A stretch of DNA of 63,261 nt, filler included, from Choristocarpus tenellus KU-1152 (lineage: Eukaryota > Protista > Phaeophyceae): assembly GCA_964200185.2 (NCBI GenBank). It is 7 parts of 7 records of this genome, joined end to end, with 100 filler letters (N's around TTAATTAATTAA, not from the genome) between each part and the next. Parts side by side here need not be neighbours in the genome. Positions count along the whole stretch, not along the records: positions 28,054 to 40,856 come from CAXNAD020001699.1; positions 40,957 to 45,244 come from CAXNAD020015276.1; positions 45,345 to 48,820 come from CAXNAD020019774.1; 4 more parts are not named here. The stretch is one strand, 5' to 3'. Numbering within the stretch: the stretch's first letter is position 1; each line of letters begins with the position of its first letter. Below, in pieces: positions 35,447 through 48,370 of this stretch. A model generated the notes under the pieces. The model had not been told where the DNA came from. It saw only the letters and a list, made by a program, of their open reading frames with translations, and made no database searches. The position numbers were made by a program, and so were the translations under genes.

Positions 35447-38400
35447 ATGGAAAGTTCGCCTGATGTAGCGAGGATAAAGAGGGGGAAAGATGTAGGAGAT
35501 CCTCGAAAAGCACACGCATTGCGTCAACTTGGGGCAATGCTGCGAAAAAATGCTCTGCTGAAACTGGGAGATTGGGCGCAGACCCTCGCTGAGGTATGTT
35601 TGTTTATCGAAGCACTCGTTGAGCTTGCCTTTAATCTTAGCACACCCTCTGACCTACGATCTAGGTCCATGTAGATAGTACATTGCTTGATCAGTGTGAG
35701 GCTTTGCAGTTGGGCCTCTGTAGATCCGAGAGGAACATGTTTTTCCCCTTTTCTCCAACCAACCTCTCTCTGCGTCAGGGTCAATGCTCTCTTGATTTTC
35801 TACCATCAAAATGCATTAGTGTATTGCCGTTCTGAATATTTTCAAGTCCCACCTCAGGTTCTGATGCGTCGTTACGTAGGATTAACTCATTTTGGTGAAA
35901 GGCACTGTCCTCCGCATTGTCCCTCTCCTACCAAAAGAGGTGGTAGCAGATTGAGCCACGTGGAAAATTGCTTACTGTGTTCTGTCACTAACTTGGTGAT
36001 TCTCATCCATAGGCAAGAGAAGGGCCGTCATTAGTCCTTAAGCACCCGTATTTTCAATTGATAGTCAGCTGGTTGAGGATACCCCCCTTTCTACACAAGC
36101 ACCAGGACAAACACTCATACGATAGCGCTCGCAAAGCAGGTTACCATCCCAGCTCTGTTTATGCTTCTCCTGGTATGGATCAAGTCCATCACCACCACAT
36201 ATGACAGCCCAAACGTTGCGTACACCTGCGGCCAGACCCGGCCTTGGATGTATCAGGAGCAGCTGGACTTTTCTGATCTCTTCTCCAACCCCCTTGTTGA
36301 GTGTCTCTTGAAGCCTCCAGACTGCGAGACAGACAGCTACTACCGTGGAGACAACATCATGTCCGCCGAGACTGGCGTAGAAGGCGTGAGTATTGGCATA
36401 TGTCCACGGTCCATTTTTAATTCGTTTTTGTTTGCTTTTCCTGCACTGCAATGCAATGTTTGTGTGGAAACAATAGCACTTGCTCCAAGACGTAATACTT
36501 CTTTGCACCGAGAAAGACACAATGGAACTCGGAACACCTGTTATTAGCCGTTCAATTGTTGGCACACATTGTGTTCTTTTCATCTACGGCTTGTCTCCTT
36601 TTTGTTCCCTTTTTGAGTTTTCAGTAGAATATTGTTCATTGTTCTTTGCACCGTAGTGGAAATGTCTGTGTACCTTGATGCTTTTCAAAATATCAATACC
36701 TTTTTCTGCTTGTACTCTAGATTGCACTATTGATTTCATTGAGACACGGTCTGTACTAACTAGGTCAGTAGATTATCCCAGGGCTGAAACACTGAAATAT
36801 CCTCCTTTGCTGCAGAGCATCAACTGATTTCTCTGTGTGTGCCACAAGATCATCGTTATTGCGCCAGTGTAACTTGTGCTTACCTAACTTCAAGCTCAAA
36901 TTAAGAGCAGTGTTTAGGTGTTGGATTTTACTTTGCTGCTGGCATTCATTCACCTGTCATTATATGTAGAGCTCCTCTATATTCCTCTTCATTAAAACCT
37001 CTTGTAGAAAGCTAGCATGTACTGCGTGTCATCAAAGCTGACTGGTTCAAGAATTGGGGGCACTTACTTGCGGTTAGTATTTTTAATGAGAATGTGTATA
37101 TATTAGTTAGTATTTTTAATGAGAATGTTTATATATTAGTTAGTATTTTTAATGAGAATGTATATATATTAGTTAGTATTTTTAATGAGAATGTTTATAT
37201 ATTAGTTAGTATTTTTAATGAGAATGTTTATATATTAGTTAGTATTTTTAATGAGAATGTGTATGGTGTATACGAAATGCTAGGGAAACAGCCCCCCATT
37301 AAAGCACTTTCCCTAGCCCTTACCTTAATCCCAACGTTAACCCTAACCTTTACCTCATCCCTCTCCCTACCCCTAGACCATATTTCATCATTGTATCTTG
37401 TTCGCGTTTGCAGATGCCTCTTCACTCCTGGCAATTGCTGACCACACCCTGCGTGTGGATTCAGGTGACACGTACGACAGATGACTCCCCCTCTCTGAAC
37501 CCTAGCCCTAACCCTAACCTCAGCCCCCAACTCCCCTCGACCGTTCTGTTGTTGTCAGCTGTACCCCACGGTGGGCTATGTGGATTCAGGGATGAACTAT
37601 CCCTGGTACGGCATTACTGTGGGAGACCAAGCCCGTTTCTACGATGAATTCAGGCAGTATGGAGGTAAGGCACGAGACAACCCATAGTCACAGAACTCCA
37701 GATGAAAAGGTGGAGTGGGGATGATCAAATCTTTATTGATCGATTTTGATTGTGGTGCTGGTTCTGCATTGGTGCCATTTTTGCTTAATTCTGCAATTTG
37801 CTTTTCCTGTTTAAAAAAAATTGTGTTTAGAGGAGTCTATTGTGTGAATCTGACTTAGTGCTGCTTGCTAGGGCAGGTTAAGAGTATTTTTTGTTGCTGG
37901 TATGTTGTGCGTTGTGTTTTTTTTTTGTATGTTTGGGCAAGGGGTTGGGTTCTAGGGTTGACCAAGGTTAGAGTTAAGGTTAGGGTTTCTTTGCCACTGC
38001 TGTTTTTGAAGTCGTGTCAACTAAGGAGAGAGTTGGGTTTTGTTTTGAGATTTCTGTGTTGGCATTTCTGTTCACTCTTCATAGAATCGTAATGGTGGTT
38101 TATGGCGGCTACCCTAACCCTAATAGCTGGTAAGATTAGTGTTCCAAGCAAGGCGCCACACAATAGAATGGTGCTTCTGGTTGTCCTGTGTTGGAAGAGC
38201 TCCAACCCTAACCCTAACCCTAATGCCACTACGTGTATGGGAGTAGTTACTGCTCTGACTTCTGACTTTTGGTTTATATTATTTGTTTTGTACTATTAAT
38301 ATGATGTACAGCTTGTACTGTAGACCCAACTATGTGCATGTTGAACATATGTGTACATAATTGGAAGAAGAACCCTAACCCTAACCTTAACACCTACCCC

Positions 38401-40856
38401 AATTTTACTTACGTACTTACGTAAAAAGTGAGTTTTTCTACAGTAAGCATTAAGTACAGTCTCAAATTTACAGTATAGATTGTGATAAGGTGTATGCAAG
38501 GAGTAAAAACAATGAGCCTAAGCGGTATTTTACTTTATTTCTGAGCATTACAGTATGGTAATATAATATTTTTTTTTCTGCATTTTGCGTTCGTACTATA
38601 AGCCCTAACCCTACCTAGTATGGATTGGGTCACTTGCAAAAATTGATGTGATATGCATTAGAGCCCTTAGGACTGTTACATACAGTTCCGGATGCAGTTG
38701 ACCCGAGGTGTGTGATTAGAGTTGATTATATTTCCATAGGTAGTGTTGTGTTTCTCCTCATCTCTAAATATAGTCACGTATCTCATGTATCCTCCTTCCC
38801 TTCCTTGAGATCTTATTGTCTCCTCTTTCCACTAGCATTGGTTAAGCAGTCTTGTCCGCATCCTTAGACCTGTAACTGTAATTGTAACTGTACCTGTAAC
38901 AGTACATTATTTGTTTCTTCAATTCTGCTGCTTGCGGCGGAAAACACCCTGCAGGTCTCAGCAACACGCCTGACTCGTGGACCTAAAAACCTCCCACCAC
39001 CCTGGAGCTAAAGACATCTTCTCTTATACCCTAACCCTGAGCAGGTGTGAACATCGACAACCCATCCCTAAGTCTACATTCACTAGCCAAGCGTCTGTAT
39101 GAGAAGGGAACACCCACATTCATTGCAGTGACCTCGTCTTTTGAAAAGGAAGAAGCTCAAGGTACCTCAGGGCAGGATGAACCTCCATGGGGCAATTCTA
39201 TGGGTTTGTCCGGATTTGGGAGGAAGGGTGGTGGCCGGGGAGAAGAGGGGATGGTAGATGATGGGGGCCAGGGGGGCAGGATCAACGAGGGGGGCAATGG
39301 GAGTTCTGCAGAGAGTGCAGCGGAGGTGTTTGCGGAATGGCTAGTTAATGAGCTGGGAGGACCAGAGAGGTGTGGTTGGAATAGAGTTAGGGTTAGGGTT
39401 AGGGTTAGGGTAACAGGAAGTGATGAGGTCAGGACTAGGGTGAGTCGGGTGTTGTACATTAGAGGTTAGGGTTAGATCTACAGTATTGATAGTAGGTGTT
39501 AGGGTTAGGGTTAGGGTTAGGGTTAGGGTTAGGGTTAGGTTGGTGTAGGTTATGAGGTTAGGAGGAGGAGAACCTCTTAATAGAAGACTACTGAAATTGT
39601 GAGGTTGACGATTCATAGAATTATCACGTTAATTGCCATCAACATTGTAATATTTGTAGAGGGGGGTGTTGTGGGAAGGCGTGTGTATGTGAGTGTAGCG
39701 TACTCCTCTAGGTGGGAACAGCTATAGTGTGTACAACCGTAACCCTGGCCTTGGGTGGGTCCACGGTTAATTGAAGATAATGCTATGGATATTGGTTTTG
39801 TATATTTCAGAACTATATTGGTAGGGTAGAGATCACTGTGATATTGCTACTGATATCAACCTGGTAAGAGTAAGGTAAAGTGAGGTACAGTAAAGTACAG
39901 TAAAATACAGTAAAATACAGCAAGGTGCAGCAAAGTACAGTAAAGTACAGTAAGGTACAATAAAATACAGCAAGGTACAGTAAAGTAGAGTAAAGTAAGG
40001 TACAGTGAGTTAAAGTGAGATTCAGTAAATTAAGGTATAGTAAAGTACAGTGAGGTACAGTGAGGTACAGTAAGGCACCTGACAAATGACTATTATACAA
40101 TGCACTCAATTGGGTGAGGTATGCTGGATGTTCCATTTTACTGGTCTTGATACAGCTAGAGTACACATCAACCTAGATGGGCAGGAAATTTGGAAAGTCT
40201 GCGGATGCTATCCGAGCCTAAACTTGAGTAGTTTTTGGTGCCATTTGTTGGGTTTTGTCTCCAGCAGTCAATAGTGTACTCGTGGATTACGTTGAAGTAT
40301 GTTGAAGTATGTTGAAGTATCTTTTTTATGTTTTATTATAATAATTGGCTTCAGTAATAGGAATGCTGTGTGGGTATCAAGTGTCAGTTTGTACTAGGTC
40401 AACTACTCTGTTATGATGGTTAGGGTTAGGGTGTCCTACCAACCATGGTGAACATGATCTCCCCCTGTACCATTCATGGGACATCGTTTTTGGATAGCCC
40501 CTGATGCATGACCTCTAGTTTCCATTATGTTCAAGGTCCAACTGTACCTCTCTCTCTGTCAAGTCTCTGCTGTTCTTACTACTGAAAGCAACCTTGATTA
40601 TCAACAGTAACATGGCTGGGGCAGTCCGACTGTTCTCGTCTGAGGAGGCGTTGGTCGACTACATGCGCAGCAATGAGTATGAGTCCCCACCAGAGCAACA
40701 ACAACCAGCCAATCAGGGAAGCTCAGGTCAACTCTCCAACAAATGGGATGGACCCGGTCGTGTTCCGATCCAATCGGATGCTGTTCTTCGTTCAGAGGGA
40801 GGGGGGGAAGGGTGGGGTAAGGTGGGGATGGCGGTGGTGTTCAATGATGTGCCGGG
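35447..40856 (+). CDS. ABC transporter subfamily A, N-terminal part; exons 35447-35593, 36140-36385, 37559-37664, 39045-39369, 40608->40856
   Basis: ABCA-type RQLGAMLRKNALLK...TLAE|VTIPALFMLLLVWIK (first TM helix) and ectodomain motifs LFSSEEALVDYM and MAVVF. Phases are consistent; truncated by the linker. Confidence 0.82.
37073..37262. repeat. 33-bp tandem repeat (~6 copies)
   Basis: GTTAGTATTTTTAATGAGAATGT(G/T/A)TATATATTA units in an ABCA intron. Confidence 0.93.
39384..39562 (+). repeat. Interstitial telomeric (TTAGGG)n tracts
   Basis: Runs of up to ~6-7 TTAGGG units directly after an ABCA splice donor. Confidence 0.9.
39865..40075. repeat. Degenerate 10-bp (GTACAGTAAA-like) tandem repeat
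   Basis: Visible 5/10-nt periodicity. Confidence 0.85.
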
Positions 40857-43082
40857 NNNNNNNNNNNNNNNNNNNNNNNNNNNNNNNNNNNNNNNNNNNN
40901 TTAATTAATTAANNNNNNNNNNNNNNNNNNNNNNNNNNNNNNNNNNNNNNNNNNNNAGTCCGTCGGTTTCTTCCGATCAAATACCCCGCCTAAATATCCC
41001 GAATGTTCCGCATTATCTTCTGTGCGTATATAAAATAATACTTCCAATCATATTCTCATAAATGGTCAAGCATAATCTTGACATTCTGAATTCCCAATTC
41101 TGTTATCATGCAGAAGTTCATCACACAACGCCTTTTATCATTCAGAGCACGCCTACTAGATGCAGCATATGCTGCATAACCAGTTCGTTTCTGTTCACTT
41201 TGCACACCCATCCAATACTTGGTCTTCGTGGGCTACTATATTGACTCCCTCCCTACCACTAGCACATGAGGATGTTTTGATGGCAGACGGAGCAGTGAAT
41301 GCCATCAGAAGACCTCCTTCTCCATACCAGATGAAACCCCTGCTGGAGACTTTAAACCAAATACGCCCATCTTGGACTACCATCTCACTGTTTCCCTCAA
41401 CTAGGACAATCCTCGAAGAAGATGGTATCTCGTTTTGGGTGGAATAGCCCCACCACCATGCTTCTACCATGTCACACTCTTCTTTGGTGAACGTACCTGC
41501 TGATTGAGTTGGATATTTCCGCCAAGTTATTTTTCTTACATCTACACAACCAAAATATACTTTTTACTGCATATGCTTTTGACAGCGAGGGCAAGAAGTG
41601 TCGCTGATTGGTCAATGTGGCTGGATCTTGAACCCTAAATTTCAATATGGTAGCATAGGCACCGGTGGTGTCTGAGACCTCATGAGAGCTCCAAAAATAC
41701 TGCCAGAACGTTTTTCAATTTATTTTTTGTTCTTCTGTATACCACAATTTCCACTACCGCCAAAAGCCTTTTTGAGAGTATCATAGTGTATATACTATTG
41801 CATGTGGAGATCTTGGTTCATCCCATGTCTGCCAGAAGTGTCTTGCCTGGTCCTTGCGGGATGTTCCAGCCTTGGAGAAGATTCCTGTCCCATGCTTCCT
41901 GCGGAGGTCCTCACAAACCGCATCAAGCTCGTCTTCAGTCAAAGCGATGAAGTTCAAGAACTCCTCCCTAGCGGTTTTCAAAAGTGTGGATAATGTATGT
42001 GGTATAGCGTTGGCATAAGGTAGACCTTTTCACAGTGAAGAATGAGCACAGAAGTGGACATATCAAGTTGGATTGGATTGGAGATTCGAAATCTTGTGGA
42101 TCTATGATTCATGAGTTGGTCACACAGGTGTTCAGATATGGCTGAGGAAAGGCACTAGACTGAAACGATTTCTGATAGGTTTGTGAAGAACTGTGTAAGC
42201 AAGCACTGGTGATGATGAAACAATGAGGAAGAAAGGCGTCTCGAGACAAGGGTATGGGTGGGGAAAGAGGTTATGGGTGATGGGCATTGACACTGCAAGT
42301 GGAGTGCAGGGGGTATGGAAAGCAGATGCACACACCTAGATATTTCCTCTATAATCTCATGCTAAAGCCTCACAGCCTCTTCTTGTTTGTATTTTGGATT
42401 GCTCCTTAGATATTTTGACCCTTGGCAGTGATTTATGCCGTCCCTTGATGTTGCTCACCTCGATACACTATTGTTGGCATTATGATCTATCCTCCCAAAT
42501 AGTAGTTGCAGATCCTTGGGCTCCAGATTCAGCCCCACGCTCTTCAGAAGGCGCTGTAGCTGTGTCTTAGTGAGGTAGCCCTTACTCTTGGTATCATGCT
42601 TATTAAAGATAGACTGTTACAAATTTGAGCAGTAACATTGGTGACGGGAATAGGGGGTGGTGTTACATATACTAGGAGTACAGCAGAAAGGAGGGTAGGA
42701 ATGGGGGAGTGCAAAGAGCACTGTAAAGATGTCTTCGAGGACAGAAGGAACAAGCTACTATATCGGATTGATGACGATCAAATAGAAGACTAGACTACTT
42801 GAGGCAATTGTGGTATCTACCTACTGCTACTGCTTTGAAGTCTTCAAACTGACAAGGATATCATGCGTGCAGGTAGCAAAAAAAAAAGCACTACAATGCC
42901 CCTTTCCCCTCACAATGCTGCTTATTCATATGCTCTATCCTGTATATCGTACTGCACTCATTTAGGGTGTAACTAATGCTGCACATCTTTCCTCCTTTTT
43001 CAACGCTGGACGAGGTTACAATAGAGTATTCTTATAACATATGTTGGACAGATCTGGAAGCTGTACAAGAATAGAACTACTA

Positions 43083-43339
43083 GAGTGAAAGTATCTTAGA
43101 GGGTACGATTTTTGCCCTGTTTGTCCATTTGGGTCTTGGCTTCCCACAGGTGTTTTATGACATTTTCCTACTCCGATATGTTTCGGAGTAGGTAAAATTT
43201 ATACGTTATGAAAAGGTGTGTGCGGAACAAGGATATTGACACTTCCTAAAAACACGATAGTCAAAATTACATCAAAATCGGAACATTGGATTTTGACCCC
43301 CAAATGGACGCGGCTCTACCCTCTAAGATACTTTGGCTC
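43083..43339. mobile_element. MITE family B, full copy (opposite orientation to 1980-2238)
   Basis: TIRs GAGTGAAAGTATCTTAGAGGGTA / TACCCTCTAAGATACTTTGGCTC; 4-bp TSD ACTA at 43079-82 and 43340-43. Confidence 0.88.
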
Positions 43340-43559
43340 ACTACAAGACCGAGTATATCACCTGAGGGCACCTGCTTCTAGAAAAACTGACCTGCATACC
43401 GATAAAAAAAGAAAGGTATTGGCAGAAAAGAAATACCTGGTGAAAATCTAGACCATCATTGTCCGAAGGAGGGCGCCATAACGACCTTCATTCAACTGCT
43501 CATCCATGGCTAGACTATCCGAAAATACAAACCAACCAACCACTATGCTCTCATTTTGT

Positions 43560-43780
43560 AGGAACAACGAGTTGTTCCCATGGTCTATGTTGAGCTCCTA
43601 GAATGCAGAATAGGCCATGGCTCCTTACCGCATAGTCGATCGGCCCAGTGGCCTGCTTGGAGACTTGGGAAGGTGCAACGTACTGACGAATCTGACGCCT
43701 AACATTCCTGTTCATCTGCCAGGGGAAGTTTGAGGAGGTTGACTGGCTTATTATAATGCTTTACCAAAGTGGGGTTGCTA
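43560..43780 (-). mobile_element. Possible decayed Ty3/gypsy integrase zinc-finger fragment
   Basis: Broken-frame pieces PHFGK, WQMNRNVRRQIRQYV and RPWEQL recall the H2C2 region; weak. Confidence 0.3.
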
Positions 43781-44312
43781 TTTCCTCAAGTAGATACACA
43801 CTGAATTGACATTCGTGAGGGGACTGGGGGGCACCAAGCCTTATTTTTGTGCATTAGGGTTGCAGAGAGAGGTGGTAAAATTTCAGCCACAGTGACCATA
43901 GGTGTGCCTTTGGTTGGTTGGTGCTTGTATGTTACAGCTATTGTCAAGCTTCATACTCTATTTTTTGGCAATGCCAAATGTTTAATTCTTAATGCTATAT
44001 AACCACACATAGGTCCAAATAATCCTAGAAAGGGGGTCAGGCATCGATTCGGGGCCTGTGTGGTCGTGTTTTGATTTTGATGTCATACCAGTGAATCTGT
44101 CAGATGTAAGGGAAAATTTCCTTCATCTGAACGCACCTTCCTTTTCTATCCCTAACCCTATACCAAATCTGAAGGAAATCGGCCCGTAAAACGGGCATCC
44201 AACTGGGGTATCTTACAAAATCTCATCAAACCTGGAATGGACCACTAGGTTAAACACCCTCCACCCTCTAGGGTACTATGGGGCATACCAATTTGATGGT
44301 AGAAATCGTAAT

Positions 44313-44489
44313 GACCCAAAGTATCTGTGGGGGGGGGGGGTGGTCTACACCAGGGTGTCCATTTGGATCAGGAAAAGCGCATTTGCATTATCCATCCGAC
44401 GTATGCAACCAAATCATCCCAAAATCGCGACATAAAAAAATTGACCCCAAATGGGCAGTCGCCACCCCCCCCCCCAGATACTTGGGGCC
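44313..44489. mobile_element. MITE family A copy (reverse orientation)
   Basis: GACCCAAAGTATCTG...CAGATACTTGGGGCC with AAT on both flanks. Confidence 0.82.
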
Positions 44490-45123
44490 AATGAATGGAC
44501 ATCAGTGGGTTGCTTTTGTAGGATTGAACGTGGTGACCCCTACCAATTAAAGTTTCACAAAAGAAAGGAACCGTTGTAGCTTCACCGTTTGTATCATTTT
44601 GAAAGTAATCAAATTTGTTTGCAGTGCTTGTATAATGCTTTTCTTGCATCAGCGTGGTGAGAATTTTTGATACATGCGACCATAGGTGAGAGGACAGGCA
44701 TTCTGCATTTGAAATGTAACAAAAACATATGAACAACCCTACAATCACATCCACACAGTATACTTATACACCACATTACATTAAAATGTAACAAAAACAT
44801 ATTAACAGCCTTACAATCTCATCCACACTCTATCCCTATACATCACATTACATTGAAATGTCCTGATGGGGTAGCTGTTTGGGTTTCCTAGACTGTTCAA
44901 ACAGAAAAAAAGACGGGGTTGGGGCAGGGATGTGCAATGCTGACTGTTTGGATGAAAGCAGGTCCCAGTCACCTCTGTCTTTCTCTTGTCAAACGACAAG
45001 GTGGAGGCTACATGGAAGGTGTGAGCTCCAGTCACTGCATTGGGCTGTGCATTAGGGGGGCAGGTACAAAAGAGGTATTTGTTGGATTGGGTACTCAACA
45101 AAGCAGAGCAAATGATTGATTGC

Positions 45124-45137
45124 GGGTCAAAGTATCT

Positions 45138-45170
<33 letters not shown>

Positions 45171-45178
45171 GTAGTTCA
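45124..45178. mobile_element. MITE family A terminus near a contig end
   Basis: GGGTCAAAGTATCT followed by poly-G. Confidence 0.6.
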
Positions 45179-45344
45179 AATAACACTTTTTTTTTTTTTT
45201 TTTTAAAATCCCATATGTGAGACCAAAACAAAACAAAAAAAAAANNNNNNNNNNNNNNNNNNNNNNNNNNNNNNNNNNNNNNNNNNNNTTAATTAATTAA
45301 NNNNNNNNNNNNNNNNNNNNNNNNNNNNNNNNNNNNNNNNNNNN

Positions 45345-45390
45345 AATGGACACCCCGATTTAGCCCCCCCCCCCCCAGATACCTTGGGTC
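45345..45390. mobile_element. MITE family A terminus at a contig start
   Basis: AATGGACACCC...polyC-CAGATACCTTGGGTC. Confidence 0.7.
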
Positions 45391-46934
45391 GTGTAGGGTA
45401 CTGTTATAGAAGGACTCTCTCCCTTCAGAATTGCGAAGGAAAACAAACACAGAGCAAGATCACAATAACATAGAAATAGGGTACTGTCATAGAAGGACTC
45501 TCCCCCTTCCGAACTATATATATAAATAAATACATACACAAAAATATCACATCTCACAGTCACATAGAAGTAGGATACTGCCTTAGAAAGACTTTCCCCT
45601 CATTGAAACAAAATCCAGCAGGGTGTTGTGACCCACTCATCCATATGTAATATTCTCCCTCCCTCCCTTACCATCCCTAGTGTGCTCTTGTTCGCTGCTC
45701 CTGAAGAATGGAAATCTTGACTTGTCCAGCCCTTTTCTTGTCTTGTTCTCGAGGTAATCAGCCCATGCATCCAGCCCCTCTCCTTCGTGCGAGGGCACAC
45801 ATGGGTGACAGACAAAAGCATATCTTGTGTTCTTTTAGACACTTTCCACCCTATTAAATTGCTGGTTACTTCTACATCTGGAAGAAGTGATTGCAAGGGA
45901 GGAGATTGGGAATAAACAGTGAAAGCACCAACAGACAGCGAGAGTTAGTACAAAATATGTAAAACCTACTCTACAGAAAACCAGGACAAATGGAATGCAC
46001 AGCACTAATACTGTGGGTTTAAATGTAAAATCTCGAGGGTCATCCCTTTCTAGAGGGAGACCCTGAAGTCACGGTCCGGAGTACAGTTCGTTGATGTGAC
46101 CTGGTACGCACAGCAAGGTGTCCTTGCACTCTTTTCTCAGACCCAAGGTCGTAAAGAAAGATCCTGAAAATAGGATCTCGAGTGCAGGCCATCAATGCGG
46201 ATTGGTGCACACAGTAAGGCTGCCTGTTCTCTCTTGTGTAACCTCAATTTTGTAGATAGAGACCCTGAAGCCACGATCTTTAGTGCAGGCCATTGATTCT
46301 TCCTTGTGTGAATGCCCTCATGAATGGTTGCAAGGTGTTTTCCACGCTAAGGATGAAGTGACGGATCCACAGATGCAGCAATGCAGACCCTTTCCCCCAC
46401 TTTGAGATAATAGAGAAAAGATGGAACCAGAGCGTCCCAAGCACTCAACAAAGTTCCATGTAGTCAGCTGTTTTCTCTCCAGCATTAAGAGACAAGTTAG
46501 GGCCTCCATGTTACAAATCGTTCCCAGCAGCTTACCTTGACGGGTAATGCTCCTTCAATCCCCAAGCCCGTAACTTGATGGTGAGGCTCATAGACAGTGC
46601 CATAATGGAAACATCATAAAATAAACCGGATCTCAAGCCTAGAACTAGATACAACAATACAAAGGGGGGGTCAAGCTCAGGCGGAGTAGATGTCTTCTAG
46701 TTCAAAGGCATGGTATGGGAGTGGATATAGATGGAGTGTTCCGGATGGCTAGGATGTTCTTGGATGAATGTGGAGTGTTGTGGTAGGGGATCCTTTCCAC
46801 ATCAACATGTTCTGAGTCAAGGCATTTAAGAGAGCAGGAGTTATACCCTATTTCTCCGTTCAGGGCTTGGCTTCCTACGTTTTTTTTTATGCCCGTTTTC
46901 TGTATTCTGTGTGAACGCAATTATCTAAACTGTA

Positions 46935-47072
46935 TACGACCATGAAAGGTGTGCATGGAGCAAGGATATTGACAGTTGCTAACAAACACAATATCCTAAA
47001 TGAATCAAAATCGGAATATTATATGGATGACCCCGAACGGACGCGGCCCTACCCTCTTAAATGATTTGGCTC
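46935..47072. mobile_element. MITE family B, partial diverged copy
   Basis: Matches the 43200-43339 half, ending CCCTACCCTCTTAAATGATTTGGCTC. Confidence 0.7.
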
Positions 47073-47519
47073 TCTGGTGTTTACTACTACTGCTCCTCCT
47101 CCTCTTCTTACTGCTACTACTATGGAAGGGAGGTTTGTCTGTTATTATGCCATACACTGTTATACCGATTGAGGTTCCTTGTCAGGAATCTCTGATTCTA
47201 GAGGACGATCTTTTAATAATGATGCTTAGAATCTTTTCGAGAGACCAGTCCTGCAAGTAACGGATATCTCTTCAACCAGAAATGTCACACATCAAAGATT
47301 CTCTTTGTTGTCAAGTCTTGATTTTGTCATGATCCCCCTCTAATAAGATTTTCATCACTCCACATTTTTCTGGAAGTCCTTGCAGTCTTGCACTCGTCCA
47401 ACCTTAACCTCGTCCTCTCGGTTACGGATTCTCTCGGTCCGTCTGGTCCGTATCGCCCAGTGATTCTTCTGATCACTACTACTACTAACCCTACCACTAA
47501 TGTTACAGGTTGATAGCGC

Positions 47520-48370
47520 AAGTATTGTTAGAGGCGAATAGCGCGAGTATTTCTTCCCACGCTCGAACAAGCGCGCGAGCAGTATATACACGCGTGGGGA
47601 ACCTTATAAAGAGGAATTCCGATTTGCTAAAAATTGCAGAGTAAGATCTGTAACTCAGGAATGTATGCAACGACTTTCAGATGTATTCCAACGCCTGTAA
47701 ACCAGAACAAATATACGGTAGATGATGAAAGAAACAAAAGAGTGTAGCATATTCAATGCCACCTCTTCACTATTATATTTTGGTATCATATTTTAATACA
47801 CAGGTATTGATTGAGAAAAGTACCTTGTTCTGCTGACCTGATGTGGATTGAACCTTTTGACTGTTGGAGTATCCTGGGAGGCTTGTACGAGCACCAGCGT
47901 CATCTATAGGCCTGTGGATTGGAGCTATACATCCTGTGGAGGTAAGCTATGGAGCGTGCTGTAATAGTATTTATTCCCGCACTCTAATCAGCGCGAGGAG
48001 TGTATACGCATGTGGAACCCCAAAAGGGGGAACTCCGATTTGCTCAAAATTGCAGAGTAAGATCTGTAGCTTGGGAATGTATGAAACGGTTTTCAGATGT
48101 ATTTCAAAGTCTGTAAAGCGGAATATATAAACGATAAATGATGATCAAGAGATAGTCCACATCTCACTTTTCTGATACCAATTTTCTTACACACGTGCTT
48201 ATTGACTCAGAAGAGTATCTTTATCTTGCTGACCTGATTATCATCATCCTCGTAGGACCTTTTGACTGTCGGAGTATCCCAGAAGTTCTGTACAAGCATT
48301 AGCGCCATCTATAGGCCCGTGGGTTGGAGCTATACATCCCGTGGAGGTAAGTTTTGGAGCGTGCTGAAAC
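47520..48370. repeat. ~410-bp tandem duplication (~2 units)
   Basis: 47545-47860 resembles 47965-48265, and 47855-47960 resembles 48258-48365. Confidence 0.8.

Noticed and set aside
37094-37441. 115-aa ORF with an 11-aa repeat
   Set aside because: It is the translation of an intronic 33-bp minisatellite.
39341-39616. ORFs with LTLTLT / VRVRVR / NPNPNP runs (here and elsewhere)
   Set aside because: They are translations of TTAGGG/CCCTAA tracts.
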